A stretch of 64,000 bases of DNA from Amoebophrya sp. A120 (taxonomy: Eukaryota > Protista > Dinoflagellata): positions 291,034-355,033 of the forward strand of contig CAJINV010000001.1 in assembly GCA_905178155.1 (NCBI GenBank), read 5' to 3'. Numbering within the stretch: position 1 is the first letter of the stretch; every line of letters begins with the position of its first letter. Positions 35,248 to 47,841 of this stretch are shown piece by piece. A program made the translations under genes and the position numbers. The notes under the pieces were generated by a model. It worked only from the letters and a program-made list of their open reading frames with translations. It searched no databases and was not told where the DNA came from.

Positions 35248-38200
35248 TTATACGCAGCAAGATCGTTGCTCAGTTTTGGAGCTGCCGCAGATGCCACCTT
35301 CCGACCGACCGAGTTTCTCGTTCAGCTTTGCCCGAACTTCGTCCTCGGTAATGCCCGGCTTTTCTAGTCTCCAGTCGATCTGCGCTTTGATCAGCTCCCC
35401 CATGATCGGCCCCTTCCCCACTTCGAAGTCCTTTCGCAGCTTGTCCCCCGGAAACATCGGAGTCCAGGTCCAGCAGGCGTCCAATCCGTGTTTGTAAATC
35501 TGCTCTAGCAGTGCGTCCGTCTGTTCCTCAATCTTTGTTTCCTCTTTCGCTTGCTGTTCGGTCCCTACGCTCTTCGCGGCAAGCAGCTTCGTCAGTGTCG
35601 CGGCCGATGTCTCGACGGTGCTGTTGTCTTGTTCCTGCTCTTCAGATGTTGATTTAATATTTTGCGTCGATTCTATCCGTTCCGCGAGGCGCAACTTTGC
35701 GACACGCACCGCCTCGGCGAGGAAAAGGCAAAATTTCCAGGTTTCCTTCCGTTCCCGCATCGCCGTACCCAAGCGAACAAATCGCTGCGTAGTTTCAGCG
35801 ACCTGCTCAGAAGTGTTTTTCTCATCAATCCTCTCGGCCGCTTCTGCCTCCAATTCTGGTAGAAACACAGTTAGCGCGGTCCGGGCCAGGGCCGCCGCCG
35901 TTTCGCTGATTGCTTTCTTCAAGACCAAGTTTTTCCACAGCATGGCGTAGACCGCATCCACCTGCTTCTTCCCTTCGGTGGTTTTGCAGTTGCCGAAACT
36001 TATCAACAGCGCAGCAAGCCGGACGGTTGCGATAGTTTCCGAGGAGATTTGATTATTGTTACTAGTGCTCTTCGAAGTGGATGAAGATGATACCGATGCT
36101 TTATTTCTTTTCACCTCTTCTTGCAAACGCTTTTCCGCGACATCCGTTGTGATGTAGCCGACGAGCTGCCACCAGTGCGGCCTTGGCAAGCTCCAGGCCA
36201 CGTCCCTGTATCAACTGTAAAAATGTCTGGGTCTGGAAGAATTCATGTCTGTCATGCTTGTCTGGCATGACTCTTGAATCTGTCATGCACGTTACCCAAG
36301 AGCTCCGTTTTTCTGTGATGCAGAGGCGCAGTTTGTCATGCAGAATAAGCAACACCTAGGAGCTCAGAAACTTGTCATGCTGAGCCAGCATTCGTAGCCC
36401 CATCATGAGACGCCACCCAGCATCACAGGTTTCCAGACCCAGACATTTTTGCAGTTGATACCCTGGACGGCGGCACGAAGTCCTTCCAGCTCCGCGACGC
36501 GGACCTCGCGGGCGACTATCAAAATGAAAAATCCCCCCACCCCATATCAAAACGGAAATTTGTGACGCTGATTTGGGGCCACAAATCAGCTCTGTATTGC
36601 AGAGAGGCATTGCGGCCAGGCCCCCAGGCTAGGTAGAGGCGCATGTGTCTAGCTATTCAGCATGGCAAACGATTCCCCCTTAGACCCAACAGCATGACAA
36701 ATCGCTTCCATAATGGGGCGGAAGCTTCTGCCCTTGTCTTCTTGCAAGACAGATGTGATTTGTGACCTCAAATCCGCAACACAAATTTTTCTAAACTTGC
36801 CTTTCCAATATGGGGAGGGGGGATTTTTCCTCTCAATAGCGACGCTGCCTTCTTCGTGGGTGGGGACGTGCTGGCCTGCTTCTCGTCGTCCGCACGACCG
36901 GAAGAACTCACGGCCGTTGGCGTCGACTCGTCGCCGCCTGTTGTACCAGAAGGTTTTATGCTCGGCAGAAGGACCTTGTTGTCCTCCGCGCCATCCACGA
37001 CCACCAGCGGCACGGATTTCGCCAAAAAGATCGGCTCCAGACAGCCCGTGGACAAGAAGTACTGCAGGGCCCGCACCGGCGAGCGCCCGTGCTTCATGAT
37101 TTTCTCCATCTCCGTGCCCAGACGCTCCGCCGACACGCGCCGGTCCGCCAACGCAGCCTGCACTTTCGGTTTCAGCATGGCTTGCAAGATCGCGGGGTCC
37201 ATATCGAAGTCGTAGCGGCACGCGAAGCGGACCACGCGCAGGACCCGCAAAGGGTCGTCCAGAAAGGTGATTTCCGGGTTCAGAGGGGTGCGGATGAAGC
37301 CGTTGCTTAAATCTTCGACGCCCTTGTTCGTGAAATCTTCGACAGATTCCGTGTGTAGATTGTAAAACAGACTGTTGATCGTCAAGTCGCGGCGGTGCGC
37401 GTCCTCCGACGGGGTGCCGATCTCGACCACCGGAATCCGACCGGTTTCCTCGGCGTACGTCTCGGTCCGCAGGTTCGTCACGTCCACTATCAACAGTAAA
37501 AGTGTCTGGGTCTGGAAGAATGCAACTTGTCATGCTAAATCTGAAGCATGCAAAAATCTGCGTTGCCTGACTACCAAAAGTCGTCCAGTTTTGACCAAGT
37601 CGGGAGGGAGTTTCTCACGCAGGATAGGCATTAGAACGGTCTCGCAGAATCTGTCATGCTAGGTCCTGCATTCCAGACCTCATGGGTCATGGAAAAGCAG
37701 CATGACAAATCGCGCATTCTTCCAGACCCAGACATTTTTACATTTGATATCCACAGACACGCCGCAAATGCGAAAGCACGCGGTGGCCAAGTGCTTCGAT
37801 TGCTCCGGGTTTTTGCGGACATTGCCGACGGAGGAAATCTGATTATAGAAAATTTGTATTTACGCAAAAAGTTGCAGCATTCGAATGTCTATCATGCGAT
37901 CTAGCAAGACGTGCATGAAACATAAAGTAGACACAGGCAGTGCAACAATGTGTGAACTTTTTTCAAGTCGGTTGTTGCTCGGGAGGTCGTGTACAGCCAC
38001 GTAGTTGTCGCGCAAAAAAACCCTTACCTTCAGCTGGTTGGCGTAGCTCGGCGCGTTACCCTCATTCGCCGCGGCTTGCGCGTGCACCACTTTTGCGTAG
38101 GCTTCGACTTTGTCGGCGAACTCCTCGCCGGTGCCGTCATCGACCGCAATGTCTAGGTCGTCCGACGCGATATCCAACAGCTTGTCCCGGACCCATCCCC

Positions 38201-38321
38201 CGGCGGCCCGGAGTGTCGTTTTCAGTTCAAAGTGCTTACATGTGTCGAGAAAGACCCGGAAGATGAGTCGCTCTGTGTCGGTCAGTTTCACCGTACGTGC
38301 CATGCTGTTCATGCGTTTCAT
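35248..38321 (-). CDS. CCA1: CCA-adding tRNA nucleotidyltransferase (class II)
   Basis: RAAGGWVRDKLL..SDDLDIA, SKHLATA, DVTNLRTETY, EDAHRRDLTINSLFYN and TFLDDPLRVLRVVRFA motifs. Three introners plus one GT-AG intron. Confidence 0.93.
36209..36460. mobile_element. Introner family A (A4), 252 bp
   Basis: Family A TIR; perfect TSD ccctg. Confidence 0.95.
36517..36838. mobile_element. Introner family B (B3), 322 bp
   Basis: Family B TIR; perfect TSD gcgac; similar to B2 throughout. Confidence 0.95.
37488..37749. mobile_element. Introner family A (A5), 262 bp
   Basis: Family A TIR; perfect TSD tccac; removal gives GVSVD|VTNLRTETY. Confidence 0.95.
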
Positions 38322-39005
38322 AATGAATAGAAAATGTAGAAGTAGAAAGATAGGCCGATTATATCAAAGGTCTAAGGTCGCTACGTCCTCAAAAGAAAAT
38401 CGAAAATGTTCGATGAACTACAGTACTAGCTCCGACAACATATTGCTCGCCGTTATAACTGCTGGAGAAAACCAAAAAACGCCAGCAGATTGAAAAGACA
38501 AAAAAAACTTGCGCATCTCGATGATCTGGAAAAGTCATGACTTTGTTTCTCTTTCTCCTTGATCCTTTGCAAATGGATCTTCATCTTCTCAACTTGGTAT
38601 TTATTGTTTCTCCTGATCGGCCCGTGATGTTCTTCACGATCTACTCCTTCGAATGACTAACATCCGGGACAGAAACAACTGTCGCGCCCGAACTGTGGGA
38701 AAGTTGATCTCCACCACAGGAAGCTGCAAGTCGCGACTGGGCGCCAGTGGCGTGGAGATCGACTATCTACTCTTAAAAAGGATTCAAAAGCAAAGTTGTT
38801 GTTCATCTGCAACAAGAAGCATGTCCCTATTCATTGACCCGTGCTTAGTTTTCTCATACCCAGCATCAACCATGATTCATTTGAAAAGTTCTGACTTCGA
38901 TTTGTTTTCATTTTCTGTGACCAATCATACAAAAACAATAAAGATCTTCCGAGTAGTAAACAGATGTGATTTTGACCGCCTCCAGCTCCACTCCTCGCAT
39001 ACGTA

Positions 39006-42000
39006 TTACTCTTTCCGCCAGACAGAGAGTTCGCCTTGCAAACAGCACTTGCAGTCCAGAAACAACTCCACCACCTCGGTGTCCACCGCGTCAACACCAG
39101 CAGAACCCTGATCCGCGTGCTCTTCTCCTGTTCCCTTTACAGCTGCGACGTCCTCCGCTACCGCTTCTGCTTCGAAAAAAATCGTGTACTCGAAAATTCC
39201 CTCGCCGGTTTTCTCGCCCTCTTGCGACTTGTCCACGAACCCCACCCGGCCGCTGCTGCCGCGCGTCTGGATACGTAGCTTGGGCATCTCGGAAGAAAAC
39301 TTTCCCACCGGACAGCGCACGAGGATTTGCTCCAGCACGTTCCGCACTTGCTTTGCCGGATTCAACTCGTCACCTTGGGTGATGGTTGGAGAACCTCCTG
39401 GAGCGTACATTCCGCCAATAGCGGAGGTCTTCGAAAGCGCGTTGACATTTTTGTACTCCATGCGGTAAAGATGCAGATTTTGAAAGCGCACGGGCAACTG
39501 CAGCGCGTTTTGCCAGACGTTCTCGTTCGTAGCACCGTCTTTCAAGGTGATGGCCATGAAGGAAGGGGGACACTGCAGGTGGACAATTTCTTGCTCCAGA
39601 ACGACGACCGGCTCAAAATCCTCGGCAACAACGAGCCTCGCGATTAACTGCTTTTCCGCTGGATCTACAGGATCGGCAACAGGAGCCAGAAAAGCAGATT
39701 GTGGACTTGAAGCGGACGAAGTGTTGACCTGTGCCGGAAGAAACGGCTGCACGTGGTCTTGTTCGTTCATCAGCGAATTTTTGGCTGCAGCAGTCGCACT
39801 TGGTTCATGGTTCATCGGCGACGACATGTTATTTACTGTGCCTGCAGATTGCACCTGCACCCCCGTTGAACTTGCTGCTGCTGCTGCACTCATCGGCGGC
39901 GACCACAGTGGGCTATTCGGAAACAACATCTGCTCCCCGGTTGTAAGGTTAGGAGCCCCGGCCACTCCGCTCGGCGTCTGCGCCAGCAAATCCGTTGTGC
40001 CCGGTGAGTTGTAGCTCGGTTTGTTCTTGTGGAGGTCCAAGATGGTCGGCGGTAATAGTCCCGCGGCAGTGGTCCCGCCTTGGCTCTTGTTCGAAACATC
40101 CCCGCCAGTCGACTTCATCGGCATCGTGTCGGGCGATGGGACACCGTGCTGCGACGTTGAACTTGCTCCCGGAGGACCCTCCTCCACTGAAGGCAGTGAG
40201 CTGTTGGGCGAAGGGATCGCCGGCCCGCCGCTGGTGCGGGCCGGCTTAAACACCGTTCCAGAACCTCCGCCGGTACTACTAGAAAGTGCTGGGGTCATTC
40301 CTGCGGGTGTCAACTGACTCTTTCCAACCGACATTGCAGCGCTCGGGGACGATGAAATCGGCTGCACTAGTACGTGCGGGCTTGAAAAGAGATCAAGTTT
40401 TGTCGGCGGATGGATCGGCGCAGCCTGCTGCACCTCCACGGTGCCCGCCGCGGCAGAGGGAGACGATGCTGAATCCACTTTCTTCACGCTGGAAGATGTT
40501 GTTGCAGCCAAAGCGGTTTCCTTGGTCGGGTCTTTTTGTCGTTCGGAAACCTTCTCCACTTCGATCAGTTGGTCAAGATCCCGAACGCTGGTGGGCGGGG
40601 TCCGCTCTTTCGTCGACCCTCCGACTTCCTCCTCGAGTTGCTCGGCGATGGAAGGTTGCTGCAGGTCCTTCTGGTCCTTCTGCCGCGCCGGCGGTCCTCC
40701 TCCTGCATTCGTACTTTTCTCGTGCGCGGGTAGTTCTAAAACGTTTTCATTTTCCTTCTCCCTGCTAGGCGGGCTGAACGGAGCGTACTGGGGACCACCT
40801 TGTACCTGTTCCTGCTGCTCCATCGCTTTCTTTTTGTTCTTCTTCCCGTAGTTGCGCTTCTCCGTGCTGGCGATAGAAGAGCTCGAGCTGGAGGAAAGCC
40901 AGGACGAGTTCGCCAGAGAGGAAAACATGCTTCCGAAAAACCCGGACGACCCGCTCTTCTGTTTATTTTGGGACTTACCGGACGAGGACGCCGCAGCTGG
41001 CGCACCGGGTGTAGTATTAGTCCCGGTCGTTTGCGCTTGGGTACTAGATTTCGACGAAGAAGTTTTTTGTTCTACTCCCGCTGCAGCAGGCTGCGGTGAG
41101 GACGACCCTGCAGCGGGCTCTAGTTGTTCCTTGGACGAGTGTTTCTTGGATTCCGCCGGTTTTACCAGTACTTCCTCCGACGAGGGCATCGCAAATTTTT
41201 CCTCTTTTTCAAGGCGAGATTGTTCTTTCTCCAATACTTCTGGTTCCGGCGGCGCCGGACTGGTGTCTGGTCTATTCAGATACCCTGTAACCTCCATCAG
41301 CCGATCCATGTAGCTCTTCCCCAGGTCGTCCTGTTTCGTTTTGCCGGGACTCTCGGGAACGTTCTCCTCCGGTGGCACACCGATACTCACGGACGGTGTG
41401 TCTGGACTCAGACTTTCACCCGTACCGGGGATTGTGGCGTTGACTTGCGGTGTGGCTACAAGGGCAACATTGGATGTTTTCGCATTACTTCCACCACTCG
41501 TGCCAGAGCTCTGGCTCGTGCGTTTGGCTTGTTGATTAGCCGGGCTACTAGCGTTTGCACTCGCTGTGGCGTCTGCCTCCTCCTCTTCTCCGGCGAGGAG
41601 CACAGCATCAAACGTGAACTTCTCTGGCATGTCCATTTTATATGGGTTCAGGGTTTTAACCGACTTGCGCAACAGCAAAGGAGTGGCGGTTCCGGACTGT
41701 TGTGAAAAATGCACACCAGCTCCTTGGCTCGTGCTCGTCGCCACACCGGGTGTAGTACTAACATTAAAACCACCACCGCTGCCGCCATTAGAAGTCACGC
41801 TCCCCCGAGAAGTAGAACTTTGGTACGACACCCGTCGTAGCTGGTCCACCTCGCTCCACCGTGCGGCCGCGGCTGCTGGTGCGTTTCCGCTGTTGACGAA
41901 CTGTGCAGTTGCGGAGAGCACGGATTTGTCAAGACTGTTTTGATGCAATGAATGTTCCTGCGGCGATGCGGTTGTCAAATGCGAATTCTGTCTGCTACTT

Positions 42001-42719
42001 TCCTCGGACCGAATTCGTTCCTCGAACGAGAGTAATTTTGTCGCCTTCGGTAGCGCGTTGATAGTCAGCTGGGCGGCGGTAAGCTTTGAGTTGGTGTTTC
42101 CGCTGTGCCGCGAAGTAGGGACGACACAACTTCCGTCGGGCGTGTCAGGAGCTCCGGTGCTATGATTTCCAAGCGGAATCGGGAGGTTCGTCGTGCTTCC
42201 GTCGTAATTGGTTGAAACTAGCGCACGGGTTGTCGTTGTCGTAGACGATGATCCAGACCCGCGGCCGATAGCCGGCTTGTTGCCGCTTGTTCCGGGTAAA
42301 TACCCCAATTCTTCCGCAGTTCGCAGTGTGTTCATCCGCTGGCGCTCTAGCATCTCTGCGGCGGTCAGTTTGGTTGTAGCTCCTTTGTTCGACGATGCAC
42401 CGCTCAGCAGGCTTCCCACCTGCACGTAGTTCCGGGCAGCTGCCAGGGTGTTCGGACTAGTTGGGGAGGGCTGTGCCGAAGATGATGCTCCGGCATTTGC
42501 CTGTAGAAACACCACTGGCTCGTGTTGCGAGGTGGTTCCCCCGAATTCTGACTGCGACATCGACGGCGACTGTGTTTGGCTGTACGACTGAGAATTTGAA
42601 GCTTGTCCTCCGGCGGGAACGGATTCGCTGCCGTCGTCTGGCGACACCTTGGCAGCCACAAAAACCGCCTCGGCTCGCTGCTCCTCCACGACATGGTTGG
42701 CATTTTCGAAGTCCGCCAT
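39006..42719 (-). CDS. Large low-complexity protein with a C-terminal globular domain (possibly VASt/StART-like); 3' exons unresolved
   Basis: ORF >1200 aa, S/T/A/P-rich, with an ordered last ~210 aa. The domain guess rests on residue pattern only. Confidence 0.6.
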   Translation of the reverse strand: MADFENANHVVEEQRAEAVFVAAKVSPDDGSESVPAGGQASNSQSYSQTQSPSMSQSEFGGTTSQHEPVVFLQANAGASSSAQPSPTSPNTLAAARNYVQVGSLLSGASSNKGATTKLTAAEMLERQRMNTLRTAEELGYLPGTSGNKPAIGRGSGSSSTTTTTRALVSTNYDGSTTNLPIPLGNHSTGAPDTPDGSCVVPTSRHSGNTNSKLTAAQLTINALPKATKLLSFEERIRSEESSRQNSHLTTASPQEHSLHQNSLDKSVLSATAQFVNSGNAPAAAAARWSEVDQLRRVSYQSSTSRGSVTSNGGSGGGFNVSTTPGVATSTSQGAGVHFSQQSGTATPLLLRKSVKTLNPYKMDMPEKFTFDAVLLAGEEEEADATASANASSPANQQAKRTSQSSGTSGGSNAKTSNVALVATPQVNATIPGTGESLSPDTPSVSIGVPPEENVPESPGKTKQDDLGKSYMDRLMEVTGYLNRPDTSPAPPEPEVLEKEQSRLEKEEKFAMPSSEEVLVKPAESKKHSSKEQLEPAAGSSSPQPAAAGVEQKTSSSKSSTQAQTTGTNTTPGAPAAASSSGKSQNKQKSGSSGFFGSMFSSLANSSWLSSSSSSSIASTEKRNYGKKNKKKAMEQQEQVQGGPQYAPFSPPSREKENENVLELPAHEKSTNAGGGPPARQKDQKDLQQPSIAEQLEEEVGGSTKERTPPTSVRDLDQLIEVEKVSERQKDPTKETALAATTSSSVKKVDSASSPSAAAGTVEVQQAAPIHPPTKLDLFSSPHVLVQPISSSPSAAMSVGKSQLTPAGMTPALSSSTGGGSGTVFKPARTSGGPAIPSPNSSLPSVEEGPPGASSTSQHGVPSPDTMPMKSTGGDVSNKSQGGTTAAGLLPPTILDLHKNKPSYNSPGTTDLLAQTPSGVAGAPNLTTGEQMLFPNSPLWSPPMSAAAAASSTGVQVQSAGTVNNMSSPMNHEPSATAAAKNSLMNEQDHVQPFLPAQVNTSSASSPQSAFLAPVADPVDPAEKQLIARLVVAEDFEPVVVLEQEIVHLQCPPSFMAITLKDGATNENVWQNALQLPVRFQNLHLYRMEYKNVNALSKTSAIGGMYAPGGSPTITQGDELNPAKQVRNVLEQILVRCPVGKFSSEMPKLRIQTRGSSGRVGFVDKSQEGEKTGEGIFEYTIFFEAEAVAEDVAAVKGTGEEHADQGSAGVDAVDTEVVELFLDCKCCLQGELSVWRKE

Positions 42720-43034
42720 CTTAATATGCGGACGGAGGCAGACGCAGATGAAGTTCTCGTTTTTTTTACATACTGCCAAGCTCTAGTTGTAACCTAAATC
42801 CCAAGAAACTTCTAATGCGTTTTCCTCCTACGAATACGTGGTAGGTACCAGATGCCGACAACAACGAGATGCCAAAAAGCATAGCTTCGGGGGGCGCTCG
42901 GTACCAGATGACTAACTCCATCTCTATTCGACACGAAACCTCAAACCACCGACGTCGCAAATTCAGATTTTCTTGCGGTTGTCCAGCGCGTGGAGCCACG
43001 AAGAAACGAACCTCATGCTCATACTCGTCGTCCT

Positions 43035-46000
43035 TCACAACTGCAACATATTAACTCTAAACTTCCCAGAGAAGGAACACTCCGTCTCAACCAGAATCTT
43101 GACTACATTCCAATTTCCCGTGCTCAAGAGCAGCCTCGTCAAGTGCGAGCTACATTGTTCATTTCCTGAGAATGATGCTCCCGATCTACTTGGTGTTCTT
43201 GACAAAAGATCTACAATCGACCTGTAGGGTGAGCACTGGTGAATAGGTGCGCCCAAATATCCCACAGAAAAAAGCTGGCAGGGCATATTTCTTTGTAATG
43301 CAAAAATAAATACACAGAAAAATCTGCCATGGGCGGCCTCATAGCATGCTGTTTAGGATACGCAATACAGATTTTCTTGTGTATTTATTTTTGCAATACA
43401 AATGTGACCTGCCAGCTTTTTTCTGTGGGATACCAAAGTGTTGAGCCAGTCGAGTTTGCAGAGCGCATTCTCCCTATCAAACGTAAAAATGTCTGGGTCT
43501 AGAAGAATGCAACTTGTCATACTAAATCTGGAGCATGCAAAAATCAGTGTTGCATGATTACCAAAAGTCGTCCAGTTTTGACCAAGTCGCGAGGGCGTTT
43601 TTCATGCAGGATAGGCATGAGAGAGATCGCACAGAATCTGTCATGCTAGGTCCTGCATTCCAGACCTCATGGGTCATGGAAAAGCTGCATGACAGAACGC
43701 GCATTCTTCCAGACCCAGACATTTTTACATTCCATACTCCCCGGCGATCAGCATCTCCTTCCACGAGGGTAGTTGAGGCTTTTGTTTCACATTCACTGGG
43801 TCTACATTTATTGGAGTGGAAGACAATTTGTTTTCACTACGTAGTCGATGGGAGGTAATCCCATCGACAATCTTCCAAGGACGCATGTTGTGGGGGTACC
43901 AGAGGGCGACCTGACCCCAGTCTATGTAGGGTGACGCAATGGTGTTTATTTTCACCGAAGATACAGTGCTGGTGGTCCCTTGCATGTTCCTATCATTCAT
44001 CTCATTTTTCATTTCTTCGCGTCTCCCCACCCTCGTCCGCAAGGGTGTTGGACCGATTGAAAACGGCGGCTCGAGATGGTCGCTGAGCGACACGGGTACG
44101 CAACCGGAAAAGAACGTTTCATACAGACGCCCGGTGTATGCCGCGAGACCGCGCGGCACCAGGCAGTACTTGCACGTGTCCCCGAGGATCTTTTGATGAA
44201 TCCTCGTTCCCATCGGCTGTCCGACATGCAGACCGCCGCTCCCGCTGGTCGAGGCGTGAAGCGCCGCGTGCTGCATGGTCACTCCCTCATACGCCAGCGC
44301 GGAAGTAGCCGCAGTTGGCGTCAGAGCCGCTCTTGAAGATGTGCTGGGAGAGGTTGCTGGTGTCCTCGAATTCATCAGTTTCTCGCGGTTTCGTTCTACT
44401 TTTCGGCGTGTTTTCTTGACTGTGGCTACGTAGTTATCCCATTTTGCAGTCTTGAACTGCAGTTCTTCCACCAGCTCAGACCTCGTCGTTTCGTTCACGG
44501 AAACGTACGCGTTGTTGACTCTGTCACCGAGTTGCCAACCGTGTCTCCCGGTGCGTGCGCGCTGCCCGTGCCAGCAGACAAGCTGCGTCCGATTGGGCCA
44601 AACGTAGTTGCGGTGCTTCAAGTACGCATTCGCCCGGTTATTGTCGACGACCGACGGGACAATGATCGTTGAACCAGCGGATAGAGGAGTTTTTGGTTTT
44701 GGTTTTTTCTCCTGCTTGCTTGCAAGAACATCTTGTTCAACACCAACGCTTATAATTTCTTCATCCCTTCTATTCGCCTTCCCCTCGTCCCCGGTGCGAC
44801 GGTCGTAGCACAAGTCAGTCTCGCAATGAGACAGGTAGTCAAAGAAGCTCTGTGGTGCCAGTGAAACGGTGGTATTCGTTTCCGTCGGCGGCAGCTGCTC
44901 TGCTGCGTCTGCTTTGACAAGCCCTGGCTTGGTGTTATCCAAACTGCTACGAAGAGTTCTTGAAGGTACAAGTACATCATCGACTTGCGGGGGCACAGTA
45001 GCAGCTTCCATTTTCGTTTCGTCTCCTTCGACCCTTTCCAGCAGATACTGTGCCGCGCTTTCGATAATCTGCACGGTTTCCACCCTCGCCGCTTGCAGCA
45101 CCGGTCTGCTCTCCACGGCCAAAATAGTTGCGTCCGACAGCCAGGAGTACCCTTTCAGCCGCGGATCCCCAAATAACGCGGTCCACGCACTGGACGAGAA
45201 CACCACCACCGTTTTGTTTAGTTCCGTGAAAATTTTCTCGGTCTTCCCGCGCCGTCGGAACGCTTTTTCCATTTGCAGTCCGCTGAACCGACTGTGCACG
45301 TCGATCGCAAAGTTCTCCGCGCGATCCAAAAACTCCGCGAGGGCGCCGGCATAGTTGACCGGGAGGTCAAACTCTGTAGTTCCACCGGCGTGACCGCCGG
45401 GAATCGATACCGGCCTCGCAGGGCGAAAAACCGCGGCGTGCCAGGTAGCTTTGGCGCATTCGAGACGCGTTGTCGTGCGTGGACGAGCCTTCATTTTGCT
45501 CGTGGTCCTGTGGGGACCGGGACGGTTCTGTCTTGATGTCCGCCCCGTGGAGTTCCTCGACTGTTCAACGAAGACCTCCTGCGACCGTGGCCGCGCCCGA
45601 AGGATTTGGTTTGCGATGAGGTTCAGTTTTTCCGCGAAGGTTGGAATTGTGTAGAGACGGTCGAAAACATGGACGATAGCAGTATTCTTGCCTTTGTTCT
45701 CAACGCGCTTTATTTCTCCGTCCGGTAGTTTGTTCGCAGACCCAGATCGAACTTCGCCCAACAGCTCGACTCCGCGCAGCCGGACGCGTGTCAGGAACTC
45801 TCTTACCGCGGAATACAGCGCGAAAACGGAAGGTCGCTTCGGCCTCGCCCAGCGCCGAGACACCGCAGCCCGCACGTCTTTCACTTGTTGTGCTGTATGC
45901 AAGAGTTCGCGATGCACGTCGTAGAAGGGGAGAAAGTAGTAGTCTGCTTCCGCCGGGTCCGACACCGTCGTTCCAAATTTATTGTTCACGAGGAACCGAT

Positions 46001-47696
46001 GAAAGTACACATCCGCCGTGTAGACATTCACCTGCGCAGCCGCCGTCACATAGTCGAATTCCTCGTCCTCTGCGGGGCCAAGCACGTTTTTGTGCACATA
46101 AAACTTCGCTTGCGTCTTTCCCGGAGAGATTTGGAGGGCGGGGCTGGTGCGTGAAGTAGATGTTGTTGTGCCGTCTCCTAGTAACACAGCGAGACCGTGG
46201 TCCGCAGGTGGACCAGGAGCCCCCTGCGCCAGCAACAACTCCCGGGACACGTGCGGAACGCGGCTCCCGGTGGCGAGCAGCACGAGGTAGTCGTAATTCG
46301 AATGGTCCAAGAACAGGTTCCAAAGACAGTCTGTGGCTAGTCGGTCGCGATATTTTCCGGTCACGAGGCGCGCCAAGTACTCCAGTTGTCTCACGCGCGC
46401 CCGGCGCTCGGGCTTACTCACCAGCGGGTGCCGTCCCTCATGTAGTCGGTCCGCACTGGCTCGACGACCCGCGTGGGCGAGGCGCGCGTGAAGCTCGAGC
46501 GCGAGGTGTGAGCGTTCTAGAAACTTCTGTAATTGTCCGGCGGAGCTAGTACTTTTTGGCGGTGATTTTGAAGATGCCGTAGGATCATGATCCGATTGCA
46601 ACGCTACTACACCAGGCTCCTTCACTGTTTGATTCGTTTTCCACCGTACAGGCGCTGACAGAACTTCCGCCACGGCAGACACATTCCTCGCAAGAAGGTG
46701 CGGTCTGCGCCACAGCGTGCGTTTTCGAAACCGGCGTGCCCGCGCCTGAGTTAGTTTGTCAAGTGCTTCTGCAGACAAAAACAAGAGCTCTGCCGCGGTG
46801 GCCTGTGTAGACCGCGCCGACTGCTCGTGTTCACTGCGTGGCAAATGGAATAATCCTTGCGACGACGTTGGCTGGGGATTATACTCACCGTCTGGAACTA
46901 CAGCCGCGTGTGACTGTGACGAACGTTGTTCTTTTCCTGCCGCAGCATTGTCGTACTTAGGAGGCCAGATCGCGCTACAAAAAGAGTTTGCATTTTGAAG
47001 TATTTCCTTTTCATGGGTCCGTATCCACACCGCAGACGTCTCCGTCTCGTCTCCCGTCGTTGCAGCAGACGCGTGCGCTCTTGTTGACCCTGCGAGGGAT
47101 CTCTGCCGGATACTAGGGACGAGAGTTCTTGAAGAGGCCGCGTTCGGAGATGATGACGGGGAAGAAGTCGGCAACAGGAGACTTTGCTTCACGCGCAACA
47201 AGTCCGTATGCACACGCTGTCGCTGTAGCAGAAGACTCGGTGACTGACAAAAAGAAGAAGTGTCGCGGTTTGGATCGTCCGTTCTTGCAAATGAGTTGAA
47301 GCAATTTTGCGAACCTTCACTGGGTGGACTAACGATGTCTCCACTATCAACATCTTCACCGACGTTTGGGTTTCGGTTTCCGTCCCGGCGACCGACGTAG
47401 GCATTCCAGAACTGGTCTCGTGCCGCGGCTATAGCTGCCGGACTGCGACCAGGCGTCGCTCCATGAATTCCAATTCCCCGCGTGCCGTCTATTATCTTCC
47501 GATACGCAACCCACAAAGGGTCGTCCTCACTGGATGAGGGCTCTTCGCGAGTCTCATGCGAGTTCTTTCGGGTAGTGCTTCGTGCGCTTCTGGCCGCAGG
47601 GGCCAAAATGTATATGGTTGAAACAAAAAGAAGTGATGCACGAGGGGGGAGAAGAAACCCAAAAATTCGCAACACAAAACTCCACGGAAGTGCCAT
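43035..47696 (-). CDS. Exostosin-like glycosyltransferase family 47 (3' end approximate)
   Basis: N-terminal hydrophobic anchor; DPAEADYYFLPFY; CKYCLVPRG...RLYETFFSGCVPVSLSDHLEPPF; IDWGQV. Confidence 0.85.
43258..43432. mobile_element. Introner family E, 175 bp, ~70-bp TIR
   Basis: TIR tatcccacagaaaaaagctggcagg...; perfect TSD ccaaa. Confidence 0.92.
43475..43736. mobile_element. Introner family A (A6), 262 bp
   Basis: Family A TIR; perfect TSD ctccc; close relative of A5. Confidence 0.94.
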
Positions 47697-47841
47697 CTTC
47701 TCCTTCCCTAGGATCCAAGTATCACCAAGAATTCCTCTTGCAGAAGCAGATTGTCATTGTCAATATTCTTGCGCACTATCATCTCAGAGCTTCTTGGGAA
47801 AGCAGATCGTCTTTGATACCATCTATCAAGATCGGAAACGA

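Noticed and set aside
37845-38027. Relic introner inside the first CCA1 intron
   Set aside because: Canonical GT-AG ends, no clear TIR or TSD, only weak motif-like words.
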